Below are positions 36,659 through 46,379 of a DNA stretch of 64,000 bases, one piece after another (position 1 is the first letter of the stretch; every line of letters starts with the position of its first letter). Both the position numbers and the translations under genes were made by a program. The DNA is from an uncultured Candidatus Saccharimonas sp. (GTDB lineage Bacteria; Patescibacteriota; Saccharimonadia; Saccharimonadales; AWTP1-31): NCBI GenBank assembly GCA_943354005.1, contig CALRBE010000001.1, positions 64,147-128,146 of the forward strand, given 5' to 3'. Below the pieces are notes generated by a model. The model had not been told where the DNA came from, searched no databases, and saw only the letters and a list, made by a program, of their open reading frames with translations.

Positions 36659-39544
36659 TTATCTCTCAAGAGAGATAATAAGTTTCATTCCTTCAACCTG
36701 CACTTCGCTACTATGAGTGTATTCTATGTGCTTCAGATCAATCTGTGTTGCAAGTGTTTCTTCTGCTACGATTTTGCCTAGTTTTTCCATTGCATCCTTA
36801 AGTAATGCCTCACTAGAAGAGAGTGACAGTTTTATTCGGTCATCGACTTGTAATTCAGCTTTTTTCCGAGCATTCTGTACTTGTCGAATAACTTCACGAA
36901 TCAGTCCTTCTCGTCTTAATTCAGCATTTAATGAAGTATCAATCTCGGCGTGTATCTCAGTTTCAGGATTAGACTCCTTTATAACTTTGACTTCTTTAAC
37001 GTTAAGTTCTTCGGCAATTATTTCAATTAATTCGGGTGCTAGATCGCTTACTCCATGAACTGTAACCTTCTTTAATGGCTGGCGAACTTTTATACCTGCT
37101 GATGCTCGCTGTGAAAGACCCTGGTTAATTAGATCTCGCACTATCTGCATATGCTGAATGGAAAGTTCGTTAATGTGTCCGGTTTTTGGCCAATCGAGTA
37201 GATGCACTGATTCACCGCCTGTGAGTAGTCTGTAAAGTTCCTCGGCTAAGAAAGGTGTAAATGGCGCCATAATTGTTGAAAGCTGAGTCAGAACATAATG
37301 TAGAGTCCGATATGCATTATTCTTATCTTCTGTCTCATCGCTTTTCCAAAATCTTCGACGACTACGGCGTACATACCAGTTGCTAGCGTCATCAATGAAT
37401 GGCAATAAAGGTTTCATAGCATTAGGGATGTCATATTCATCCATATGCTTTTCTACTTCACTCGTGAGCTGGTGTACCCTACTTATTATCCAAATATCTA
37501 GTGGATTGGTGCACTCTTCAGAAGGATCTTCATGCGCGCCCTTCCACTCCCAGCCATCCACTTCTGCGTACATAGTAAAGAAGTCATACATATTCCATAT
37601 CATAGATAGTTTTCGAGCAACATCTCCGACCTCTTTATCTTGCAAAGCGAAGTCTTCACCATTCAGTAAAGGACTTGAGCTTAGAAGAAAACGTAAACTA
37701 TCTGCCGAGAACTTATCCATTAATTCATTTGGATCAGTGTAGTTCCCATAACTCTTACTCATCTTACGACCATCATTGCCTGCGACATTTCCAGTTACAA
37801 TAACGTTCTTAAATGAGTTGCCTCCAAAAAGAGCCACACTCATTGAATGCATATAGTAGAACCACGCCCGCACCTGCCCAATATATTCAACAATAAAATC
37901 TCCAGGATAGTTTTGTTCGAATTTAGCTTTATTCTCGAATGGGTAATGAAACTGCGCAAAAGGCATACTGCCTGCTTCGAACCAACTATCTAATACTTTA
38001 TCGATACGTTCGTAATGAACTCCATCTATATCAAAAGTAATGTCATCAATCCAAGGTCGGTGATAGTCCTTTAATTCCTTTCCGGATAATTCCTTGAGTT
38101 CTACGTAACTTCCAACGACTCTTACGTGCTCCTTACCGGCCTTATCAGTACCCTTCCAGACGGGCATAGCAGTCGCCCAGAAACGATCACGGGAGATATT
38201 CCAATCAGGTGCTTGTTCAATAGTTTTTGCAAATCTACCGTTCTTAACATGCTCCGGAAACCAGTTAATATTACTATTTTTCTTAAGCATAGCATCACGC
38301 TGTGAATCTATATCCATAAACCAGCTAGGATGCGCACGGTACATTAGTCTAGTGCCGCAACGATGACAATGCGGATAACTATGTCGATAATAGTCAATCT
38401 TCCAAACTATTCCTTGTTCCTTTAATTCTTTAGCTATGGGCTTATTTACTTCCCAGACGTTCTGCCCAAGCCATTCACCCTCCGTATAATCACCGTTAGC
38501 GTCTAGAACGTGAACGACAGGAATCTTATGCTCTCTAGCTAGTGCAAAGTCCTCTTCGCCGTAGGCTGGAGCAATATGAACGACTCCAGTACCACTTTCA
38601 GTCGTAACGTAGTCAGCATTCCAGATCTTATGTGCTCCTGCTCCACGGTCTTTAGATAATGGTATATAGCTTTTGCCAATAAGTTCCTTGCCCTTAAATG
38701 TGCGGACTTTTTTGTAGGTTAGCGTATTATGTTTTTCGTCTGTTAATACTTTATCTATTAAATCATCTGCAATTATCAATTTCTCGCCGTCTATAACGAC
38801 TTCTGTGTAGTCAATATCTTCATTTAGAGCTAATGCTGTATTGGCCAATAATGTCCACGGGGTTGTGGTCCAAGCCAGTAAAGAAGCGTCGTTGTCTGTA
38901 AGCTTAAATTTTACGTACACACTTGGGTCAGTTACATCCTGATAGGCGCCAGCATCCATCGTCACTTCAGCCTTAGATAGTGGCGTAGCGTCAAGTGTAC
39001 AATACATAAGGACTTTTTCACCCTCGTAGATTTTGCCTTTTTCGTAAAGCTCTTTAAAAGCCCACCATACTGACTCCATATAGTCTTTGTCCATGGTCTT
39101 ATAGGCACCCTTGAAGTCTACCCAGCGACCAATACGGTCAACAGTGTCTTCCCATTCACTACTTGTCTGAACCATATTTTCGCGGCAAGCTACAATATAC
39201 TTTTCTATTCCGTATTCCAAAACCTCTTCTCGGCTATGGATACCTAATTTCTTTTCGGTAAATCTTTCTGCCGGCAAACCATGACAATCCCAACCCCATA
39301 CTCGTTCGACTCGCTTACCTTTCATTGTTTGGTAACGTGGAACTACATCTTTAATAATTGAGCTAAGTAGTGTGCCGTGATGCGGAGAACCACTAATAAA
39401 AGGAGGGCCGTCGTAAAATACATAGGCATTATCTTGAGGCCTATTCGCAACAGATTTTTCAAATGTCTTGTTTAGTTTCCAATCAGCAACAAGGGCTCGT
39501 TCATACTCGAGTGCTCGACGTCGGGTTCCTGCTTTAAATTTCAT
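36659..39544 (-). CDS. ileS: isoleucyl-tRNA synthetase
   Basis: 961 aa. HIGH-type motif (SPHHGT), CP1 editing motif (TTPWTLLAN) and KMSKS (RKMSKSYGN). Confidence 0.97.
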   Translation of the reverse strand: MKFKAGTRRRALEYERALVADWKLNKTFEKSVANRPQDNAYVFYDGPPFISGSPHHGTLLSSIIKDVVPRYQTMKGKRVERVWGWDCHGLPAERFTEKKLGIHSREEVLEYGIEKYIVACRENMVQTSSEWEDTVDRIGRWVDFKGAYKTMDKDYMESVWWAFKELYEKGKIYEGEKVLMYCTLDATPLSKAEVTMDAGAYQDVTDPSVYVKFKLTDNDASLLAWTTTPWTLLANTALALNEDIDYTEVVIDGEKLIIADDLIDKVLTDEKHNTLTYKKVRTFKGKELIGKSYIPLSKDRGAGAHKIWNADYVTTESGTGVVHIAPAYGEEDFALAREHKIPVVHVLDANGDYTEGEWLGQNVWEVNKPIAKELKEQGIVWKIDYYRHSYPHCHRCGTRLMYRAHPSWFMDIDSQRDAMLKKNSNINWFPEHVKNGRFAKTIEQAPDWNISRDRFWATAMPVWKGTDKAGKEHVRVVGSYVELKELSGKELKDYHRPWIDDITFDIDGVHYERIDKVLDSWFEAGSMPFAQFHYPFENKAKFEQNYPGDFIVEYIGQVRAWFYYMHSMSVALFGGNSFKNVIVTGNVAGNDGRKMSKSYGNYTDPNELMDKFSADSLRFLLSSSPLLNGEDFALQDKEVGDVARKLSMIWNMYDFFTMYAEVDGWEWKGAHEDPSEECTNPLDIWIISRVHQLTSEVEKHMDEYDIPNAMKPLLPFIDDASNWYVRRSRRRFWKSDETEDKNNAYRTLHYVLTQLSTIMAPFTPFLAEELYRLLTGGESVHLLDWPKTGHINELSIQHMQIVRDLINQGLSQRASAGIKVRQPLKKVTVHGVSDLAPELIEIIAEELNVKEVKVIKESNPETEIHAEIDTSLNAELRREGLIREVIRQVQNARKKAELQVDDRIKLSLSSSEALLKDAMEKLGKIVAEETLATQIDLKHIEYTHSSEVQVEGMKLIISLER

Positions 39545-39775
39545 TTTTTCTCCTTAATAAAAAATCACTTCTCTTGTCTGCCAGAATCCTTAATAGGACG
39601 GTACCATCTGGCTTCCAAAAGAAGTGATTCTTTTAGCTCTTAGTCATAAGTATTACGCTACCTTTTGCGTCAGATTCTACTCTTTACATATGTAAATTTC
39701 TTTCTGCTACGCCTGAACGAATCATTTATATGGTTGATGGCCATTTATCTCATTAATAGAGAGCGTATGTGTAAT
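39545..39775 (-). promoter_or_regulatory. T-box-like leader (tRNA-Ile sensing) upstream of ileS
   Basis: Minus-strand RNA contains helix GCCAGA/UCUGGC (39607-39612 and 39580-39585). This encloses a 7-nt bulge UGGUACC (39600-39606) and a small helix GUCC/GGAU with a 6-nt loop, which is the T-box antiterminator geometry. Outside it lies stem AAUCACUUCU / AGAGAAGUGAUU followed by U6 (39559-39564), then SD AAGGAG and the ATG. AUC-A specifier candidates are at 39626-39628 and 39736-39738. Confidence 0.6.
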
Positions 39776-39779
39776 TTTT

Positions 39780-39808
39780 ACTATAGCTTACTCTCTCTAT
39801 AGTATCAA
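39780..39808 (-). promoter_or_regulatory. ileS leader promoter (TTGATA-17-TATAGT)
   Basis: Minus strand: -35 at 39803-39808 and -10 at 39780-39785, with a 17-nt spacer. Confidence 0.6.
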
Positions 39809-39810
39809 GG

Positions 39811-40074
39811 CTAATCTTGGGTGTAATAAGATACATCATCCATTAACGGTAGGGCTGGTCCCTGCCATAACTTTAGTAGTCTGTTCTGAGAGTCTACTGC
39901 TAAAATAGCTGGGTATTGGACGACATCGTAGAGCGTTGCCAAATAAGCTCCTTCACGAGATTCAAGACTTATAAGCTCAATATCGTGAGACATTTGTCGA
40001 GCAAAATCTCTTGCGTACTCTTCAACACTTCGTGAATGTTCAGAATTTGGATGATAGATTATAAATACGCGCAT
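39811..40074 (-). CDS. small hypothetical protein (possibly thioredoxin-like fold, no Cys)
   Basis: 87 aa ORF between nrdJ and the ileS leader. No catalytic motif recognised. Confidence 0.5.
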   Translation of the reverse strand: MRVFIIYHPNSEHSRSVEEYARDFARQMSHDIELISLESREGAYLATLYDVVQYPAILAVDSQNRLLKLWQGPALPLMDDVSYYTQD

Positions 40075-40114
40075 TGATTATATTTTACCATAAGCTTCAA
40101 ATGACAACGGACTT

Positions 40115-40144
40115 AAAAGGCCCTTGAGTAATCAAGGGCCTTTT
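40115..40144 (-). terminator. hairpin terminator after nrdJ
   Basis: 13-bp stem aaaaggcccttga / tcaagggcctttt with loop gtaa, flanked by A/T runs. Confidence 0.7.
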
Positions 40145-40163
40145 ATTACTTGTCGGCTAAATA

Positions 40164-42899
40164 CTAGCTACAGCCAGTCGTACTTCCGCAAGCAGTACAC
40201 ACATAACAACTACCCGCTCTTTGCGTTTGGTTGCCACAGCTATAACATAACGGCGCTGTATCATCTGTACTTTTTGTCTTAGTTCGTTCAGCACTTTGCG
40301 TAGTAACTGATTCTTCTACTGTTTGCTCAGCAATTTTTACTGGCTCTTCTAGTAGGCTCGTTTGTATATCAGGCATATCGTCAAGTGACGCTAGACCTAA
40401 CTCAAGACGATCATCAAATGATAGATAATCAAGTGCAAGTCGTCTGACTATGTAATCAGTGATAGAACTTGCAGTCCTGATCTCAACATCGTCAGTGATT
40501 CCTGCCGGTGCGAAGCTTGTTCCTCGTAGTGTTTTTACGAAGCTCTTAAGTGGGACACCGTATTGCAGGCCATGGCTAACGCTAATTGCGAACGAGTCCA
40601 TAAGTCCTGATAGTGTTGATCCCTGCTTAGATACATTAATGAACAGCTCGCCAGGCGTACCATCCTCATATTCACCGATAGTGAAGAAGCCGCTAAGATC
40701 CGCGATATGGAACTTGTAGGTGCTGCTCTTGCGTCGTTTTGGTAGCAATCTTCGGACTGTTCCCTTGACCAATATCTTTTCATCTAGAGACTTGACGCTA
40801 ACCTCTTTATCTTCGCCTTCTTTTTTAGCCATACTGAGTGGCTGACCAACCTTACAGTTGTCTCGATAAACTGCAACGGCCTTAATTCCCATTTTCCAAG
40901 AATCGATGTGAAGCTGCTCAATATCTTCAACTGTTGCTTCCTCTGGCATGTTAACTGTCTTACTTATAGCTCCAGATAGGAATGGCTGTACTGATGCCAT
41001 CATCTTAACGTGGCCTAGGTAATGAATTGAGTTATCGCCCATTGAACATGCGAAGACTGAACGGTGTTCCTTCTTTAGATGCGGCGCACCAGTAATTGTC
41101 TTTTCAGTATCAATGAATGCAACGATCTCATCAGCTTGCTTCTTTGTGTATCCTAAAGCATCAAGAGCTCTTGGAACAGTCTGGTTAACGATATGCATTG
41201 TTCCACCACCAACTAGCTTCTTAACCTTCACAAGGCCAAGATCGGGCTCAATACCAGTAGTGTCACAGTCCATCATTAGACCAATTGTTCCAGTAGGAGC
41301 TAGAACGGTTGCTTGTGCATTGCGTACGCCGTGCAACTGACCTAGTTCAACAGCTTCATCCCACGCGTTAGCAGCAGCGCTTAAAAGGTCCTCAGAAACG
41401 AGACTGGCGTCTATTTCAGATACTGCACTTCGATGCTTCTTAAGTACGCGAATCATTCCCTCTTGATCCTTATGAAAACCTGCGAATGGTCCAACGCGTC
41501 GAGCCATACGTGCACTTGTAGCATAAGCCTGTCCGGTCATTAGTGCAGTAATTGCAGCTGCCTGTGCGCGACCTTCAGCTGAATCATATGGCAAGCCTTG
41601 CGCCATTAGTAGTGCGCCAAGATTTGCGTATCCCAATCCTAATTCACGATATGCCTTTGCGTTCTTAGTGATGCGTTCAGTTGGATATTCTGAGTATCCA
41701 ACAAGGATTTCTTGTGCTGTAATTAGTAATTCTACAGTGTGTTTGAATGATTCGATATCAAATGTATGATCATCGTTTAGATATTTCAATAAGTTAATGC
41801 TCGCAAGGTTACATGCAGAGTCATCAAGGTGCATATATTCACTACATGGATTAGATCCATTTATTCGACCAGCGTTTGGTGTCGTGTGCCAGTCGTTAAT
41901 AGTAGTGTCAAATTGCATTCCCGGATCAGCACATTCCCAGGTTGCTTCAGCAAATTGTCTAAAGATATCTCGTGCTTTGACAGTCTTTACAACTACTCCG
42001 CTCGTAACAGACTTAAGATCCCAATCTGCACCGTCTTCAACTGCTTGCATGAATTCATCTGTTACACGCATTGAGTTGTTGGCGTTCTGATATTGCACTG
42101 AGAATGAGTCTTTACCGTCGAGGCTCATGTCAAAACCTGCTTCTTGAAGCGCTCGAGTTTTACGCTCTTCAATAGCCTTACACCAGATAAACTCTTCTAC
42201 GTCAGGATGGTCTGAATTTAGAATAACCATTTTTGCCGCTCTTCGTGTCTTGCCACCACTTTTAATTGCTCCTGCTGAAGCATCTGCACCGCGCATGAAG
42301 CTTAGTGGGCCTGAGGCTGTTCCAGCACTTTTCCCAAGTGTTTCGGCAGATGAACGGATTGTGCTTAGGTTAATTCCAGATCCGGAACCGCCCTTAAAGA
42401 TCATACCTTCTTCTTTATACCAGTTTAAAATTGCAGGCATAGTATCTTCAACGGAAAGAATGAAACATGCGCTTGCTTGTTGAGCTCGACCTGGAGCGCC
42501 AATATTAAACCAGACAGGAGAATTAAATGCTGCTCGCTGTGTAGCCAGTATATATTTCAGCTCTTCTGTGAAATCTTCGACTTCTGTTGATGTCTCGAAA
42601 TAACCTTCTTGAAGTCCTTGTCGTGCAACAGTATCAACGACACGGTCAATTAAGTCACGTAGTGAGGACTCGCGACTCTTTGCTCCAGGCGTACCTGTAA
42701 AATATTTTTGTGCGACAATATTGATCGAATTTAACGACCAAGTGTCAGGAAATTCGACGTTTTTCTGTTCGAAAACTGGCTTATCAAGCACAGGGTTCTT
42801 AATAATTGAATCTGTTTTGATCCATTTTACAGAATCATAGCCCTTTGTTTTAGGCTGAGTAAATAGCCTCCTGCGTCCCAGGATTGTTGTTTGTCCCAT
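40164..42899 (-). CDS. nrdJ: class II (adenosylcobalamin-dependent) ribonucleotide reductase
   Basis: 911 aa. Typical NrdJ N-terminus (FPDTWSLNSINIVAQKYF), catalytic region (NPCSEY) and Cys-rich C-terminal tail (CYSCGN...CYVCTACGSTTGC). Confidence 0.92.
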   Translation of the reverse strand: MGQTTILGRRRLFTQPKTKGYDSVKWIKTDSIIKNPVLDKPVFEQKNVEFPDTWSLNSINIVAQKYFTGTPGAKSRESSLRDLIDRVVDTVARQGLQEGYFETSTEVEDFTEELKYILATQRAAFNSPVWFNIGAPGRAQQASACFILSVEDTMPAILNWYKEEGMIFKGGSGSGINLSTIRSSAETLGKSAGTASGPLSFMRGADASAGAIKSGGKTRRAAKMVILNSDHPDVEEFIWCKAIEERKTRALQEAGFDMSLDGKDSFSVQYQNANNSMRVTDEFMQAVEDGADWDLKSVTSGVVVKTVKARDIFRQFAEATWECADPGMQFDTTINDWHTTPNAGRINGSNPCSEYMHLDDSACNLASINLLKYLNDDHTFDIESFKHTVELLITAQEILVGYSEYPTERITKNAKAYRELGLGYANLGALLMAQGLPYDSAEGRAQAAAITALMTGQAYATSARMARRVGPFAGFHKDQEGMIRVLKKHRSAVSEIDASLVSEDLLSAAANAWDEAVELGQLHGVRNAQATVLAPTGTIGLMMDCDTTGIEPDLGLVKVKKLVGGGTMHIVNQTVPRALDALGYTKKQADEIVAFIDTEKTITGAPHLKKEHRSVFACSMGDNSIHYLGHVKMMASVQPFLSGAISKTVNMPEEATVEDIEQLHIDSWKMGIKAVAVYRDNCKVGQPLSMAKKEGEDKEVSVKSLDEKILVKGTVRRLLPKRRKSSTYKFHIADLSGFFTIGEYEDGTPGELFINVSKQGSTLSGLMDSFAISVSHGLQYGVPLKSFVKTLRGTSFAPAGITDDVEIRTASSITDYIVRRLALDYLSFDDRLELGLASLDDMPDIQTSLLEEPVKIAEQTVEESVTTQSAERTKTKSTDDTAPLCYSCGNQTQRAGSCYVCTACGSTTGCS

Positions 42900-43058
42900 A
42901 ATAGTACCCTCACTATATTGTTATATTTGTTGTTTTTGTTAGAGCCCCAAAACCTATTACTCTCACAATAGGTTTCGTATTCTCCCCTCCAGCCTCTGGT
43001 GTATGATCGATTATACACACACAAGAGTCCAAGGGGGAGACGTCAAAAAAACTACGTT

Positions 43059-43535
43059 CTATTTTTTTTGACGACTGTCTGGTTTTTGACCTCGAATTTG
43101 CGATAACTCCCTCTCGAATCCGGCAATATCCTTAAATCGCCGATACACACTTGCAAATCGCACATAAGCTACTTCGTTTAGTGGAGCGAGCTTATCCATA
43201 ACGATTTGGCCAATAGTGTTAGTCGAAAACTCTGTTTCATTACGATTATGTAGCTCATGCTCGACATCTGAGACCAGATTATCAAGTTCTACGCGTGAAA
43301 CAGGAGTCTTATCGCACGCACGGTAAAGGCCTGCAAGAAGCTTTTCCCTAGAAAAGAGCTGTTGTGTCCCATCGTTCTTAATAACGATCAGCTGCGGCCT
43401 TTCAATACGCTCATAGGTCGTAAATCGGAATCCGCAATGTAAACATGCTCGCCGTCTTCGAATAGCTGCGCCTTCAGCAACATCGCGCGACTCAATCACC
43501 TTTGTGTCTAGCTGCTGGCATTGACTACATTTCAT
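43059..43535 (-). CDS. nrdR: transcriptional repressor NrdR
   Basis: 158 aa. Zinc ribbon CSQC...CLHC and an ATP-cone domain. Confidence 0.95.
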   Translation of the reverse strand: MKCSQCQQLDTKVIESRDVAEGAAIRRRRACLHCGFRFTTYERIERPQLIVIKNDGTQQLFSREKLLAGLYRACDKTPVSRVELDNLVSDVEHELHNRNETEFSTNTIGQIVMDKLAPLNEVAYVRFASVYRRFKDIAGFERELSQIRGQKPDSRQKK

Positions 43536-43584
43536 TGTTATCTTCCCTTCGTGTTCAATCTTAACGTACTATTGCTAATGCCGG

Positions 43585-43640
43585 TCACTACATATAGCGT
43601 ATATGCTTATTATCATAGCCCTACAAGTAGCGTTTTACAA
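43585..43640 (-). promoter_or_regulatory. nrdR promoter with two NrdR-box-like 16-mers
   Basis: Plus-strand 16-mers tcactacatatagcgt (43585-43600) and gccctacaagtagcgt (43618-43633) share 12 of 16 positions, with centres 33 bp apart. Minus-strand TTGTAA-17-TATGAT (43635-43640 and 43612-43617) overlaps them. Confidence 0.5.
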
Positions 43641-43692
43641 GCATATTGTCGCTGTAATTTTTAACACAAATTTTCAGATACCACTCTTAATT

Positions 43693-44994
43693 CTAAGAAG
43701 TTAAATCATCGTCTTTTTGTGAACGTCGCTTCTTTAAACGACGTAAAAATGACGGCTTTTCTAGTTCTGCTTCTTCCGCTTCTGATCCTGCAACAGGATC
43801 ATGCTGTGAATCGTCGTTATCGTGACCTTGATCTATAGACCAAATATTGGGAACTACGGCATCTGAACGGAAATCATGTGAAGTATCTTCTGATTGTGAA
43901 TGCTGATCTAAATCCATACTTATTGAAGATACATCTGTTTCGACGTGTGGCACTGGATGACTTTTCTGAATCTCTTGAGAAATTTGTTCGTTACTAGATG
44001 ATGAGCGTTTTGCAAAGTATGTTTCGTCAAATCCGGTTGCAACAACCGTGATGATAATCTCGCCTTCAAGTTCTGGATTGATAGTTGCACCAAAGATGAT
44101 GTTAGCGTCAGGGTCTGCAGCTGCTGTAATTGTTTCAGCCGCAGTATTTATTTCATGCATCGCAATGTCGTTGCCGCCAATAATGTTAAAGAGGACTCCT
44201 CTAGCACCGTCGATGGACACTTCAAGTAATGGAGACTCGATTGCCTGTTGAGCTGCTTGAATAGCTCGATTCTCTCCGCTTGCTCGTCCAATACCCATAA
44301 GTGCTGATCCAGCGTTACTCATAACAGTCCGTACATCGGCAAAGTCAAGGTTCACTAGTCCATGAACAGTGATAAGGTCTGATATACCTTGAACACCTTG
44401 GCGTAGTACATCATCGGCAACCTTAAAGGCTTCTAATAGTGGTGTCTGTCGATCAATAGTCTGCAATAGCCTGTCATTAGGAATAATTATTAGGGTATCA
44501 ACTTTATCACGAAGATTAGCTATAGCTATATCTGCATTCTTACGTCGCTTTTCACCTTCAAATGCAAATGGCTTTGTTGCAAAAGCAACGACCAGGATTC
44601 CCATCTCTTTTGCTGCAGCAGCAACAACATGTCCTGCACCGCTACCGGTACCTCCGCCGGCACCAAGTGTGATGAATACCATATCGGCTCCATCAATGGC
44701 TTTTTTGATATCATCAATTGATTCAACGGCTGCTTTTTCTCCAACGGAAGGATTAGCGCCTGCTCCAAGTCCGCGAGTTGCGTCTTTTCCAATGTGTATT
44801 TTAGTAGAAGCTTTTGAATGGTGTAGTGCCTGTGCATCAGTATTGACTACAATAAACTCAACGCCGTCAACGCCTGCTTCAATCATGCGATTAACTGCAG
44901 CACCTCCGGCGCCACCAACACCAATTACTTTAATTCTGGCAAATGTTTCTATTTCTGGAGCGACTTGTGGCATAGTTATTGTCCTTGAACTCAT
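43693..44994 (-). CDS. ftsZ: cell division GTPase FtsZ
   Basis: 433 aa. Tubulin signature [11 protein letters not shown] and an acidic disordered C-terminal linker. Confidence 0.97.
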   Translation of the reverse strand: MSSRTITMPQVAPEIETFARIKVIGVGGAGGAAVNRMIEAGVDGVEFIVVNTDAQALHHSKASTKIHIGKDATRGLGAGANPSVGEKAAVESIDDIKKAIDGADMVFITLGAGGGTGSGAGHVVAAAAKEMGILVVAFATKPFAFEGEKRRKNADIAIANLRDKVDTLIIIPNDRLLQTIDRQTPLLEAFKVADDVLRQGVQGISDLITVHGLVNLDFADVRTVMSNAGSALMGIGRASGENRAIQAAQQAIESPLLEVSIDGARGVLFNIIGGNDIAMHEINTAAETITAAADPDANIIFGATINPELEGEIIITVVATGFDETYFAKRSSSSNEQISQEIQKSHPVPHVETDVSSISMDLDQHSQSEDTSHDFRSDAVVPNIWSIDQGHDNDDSQHDPVAGSEAEEAELEKPSFLRRLKKRRSQKDDDLTS

Positions 44995-45103
44995 TCTTTA
45001 TTACATGAAAAGTATACTTCAATATAGCATACGTATCAATGAGCAACTTTATAGTCGACATATTGCATGCGATAAACAGCGGGTATAATAATTGTATACG
45101 GTT

Positions 45104-46339
45104 TTATTTTTTGAACTTTTTTAGTAGTCCCGATATCATTCCAAATACGCCTTCAGTTGGCTGTCCTGGCTGCTGCTCGACATCTGCGTTCCCAATTAAC
45201 ATGTCTAATTCCATCAAGCCGACTGCTGTACTGTAAGCCGGATCCTGTACCGCGTCCATAAGACCAGACACGGGCTGAAGCTTTCCAACTCGCGCTGCTA
45301 ATTCTAGTTTTTCTTTAGTAAAATCTGCTAACCCAGGAAGCTTTGCAGTACCACCGACTAACACGACTCCTCCAGGTAGTTTTCGTGACTTATGTATCTT
45401 CTTTAGTTCTTTGTCGACGTATTCAAGCATTTCTTCAACACGCGATTCAATAATCATCTGTACAAGCTCTGCGTCAAATTCGTGGCGGTTCTTATGCAGA
45501 ATAATAGATAAACGGCCAGACTTGGCGTGTTTACCGAGTCCACCATGCTGCAACTTAACGTGTTCCGCTACATCAAGATCTGTTTTTAAGCCTATAGCCA
45601 AATCATTTGTAATATTTGTGCCTCCCAATGGTAAAACTGCCACATGTTGCACTTCGCCTTCTTCTAAGACTACTAGGTTAGTCGTCCCTGCTCCTATATC
45701 TAGTAAAACAGTTCCAGATTCCTTTTGCTGCCTATTAAGTACCGCTTCGGCACTTGCTATACTAGAAATCGTAAATCGTGTAGGCATAACATTCGATTTT
45801 TCTAGTACTAGATTAATATTTCGCATAGAAGGTATTGATCCAGTAACTATATGGGTATCGACTTCAAGCCTTACGCCCTGCATTCCTACTGGATCCTTAA
45901 TATTATCTTGTCCATCTAGGCGATAATTTTTTGCAAATATCTGAATTATGTCTCTATTTGGTGGTAACTTCACTATGGTAGCTGCTTCTTCAACGCGATA
46001 CCTGTCTTCTGAAGTTATTTCTCTATTAGCGGCACTTATTGCGATAACGCCACGAGAATTCATTCCAATGACTTGGCTACTATTAACATTAACCGTTGCA
46101 CGAGGTACGTGTACGCCTGAGACTCTTTCTGCTTCTGTTATTGCTTGTACTACGGCATCAACAACTTCATCAATACGAACAACCGAACCTTTACGCATAC
46201 CGGTATTTGGAGAGCTGCCGTAGCCGATAACAGAGAGTATTGGCATATCCTTATCTGTTTCAAGCATACCAATCACGCAGCGTACTGTACTAGTACCTAA
46301 ATCAAGTCCGAAATAATGTTGTGGAGTTTGTTCGCGCAT
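45104..46339 (-). CDS. ftsA: cell division protein FtsA
   Basis: 411 aa with an actin/HSP70-like fold (FGLDLGTS ... DIGAGTT). Immediately upstream of ftsZ. Confidence 0.93.
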   Translation of the reverse strand: MREQTPQHYFGLDLGTSTVRCVIGMLETDKDMPILSVIGYGSSPNTGMRKGSVVRIDEVVDAVVQAITEAERVSGVHVPRATVNVNSSQVIGMNSRGVIAISAANREITSEDRYRVEEAATIVKLPPNRDIIQIFAKNYRLDGQDNIKDPVGMQGVRLEVDTHIVTGSIPSMRNINLVLEKSNVMPTRFTISSIASAEAVLNRQQKESGTVLLDIGAGTTNLVVLEEGEVQHVAVLPLGGTNITNDLAIGLKTDLDVAEHVKLQHGGLGKHAKSGRLSIILHKNRHEFDAELVQMIIESRVEEMLEYVDKELKKIHKSRKLPGGVVLVGGTAKLPGLADFTKEKLELAARVGKLQPVSGLMDAVQDPAYSTAVGLMELDMLIGNADVEQQPGQPTEGVFGMISGLLKKFKK

Positions 46340-46379
46340 TTAGTTAGTATACCGCTTGTCCTTAGTACTCACAAGATAG

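Noticed and set aside
42900-43010. Possible cobalamin riboswitch in the nrdJ 5' region
   Set aside because: The region is only about 100 nt and shows a single AU-rich hairpin (aaacctatt...aataggttt). It lacks room for a B12 aptamer, and I saw no B12-box-like core. B12 riboswitches normally control B12-independent reductases.
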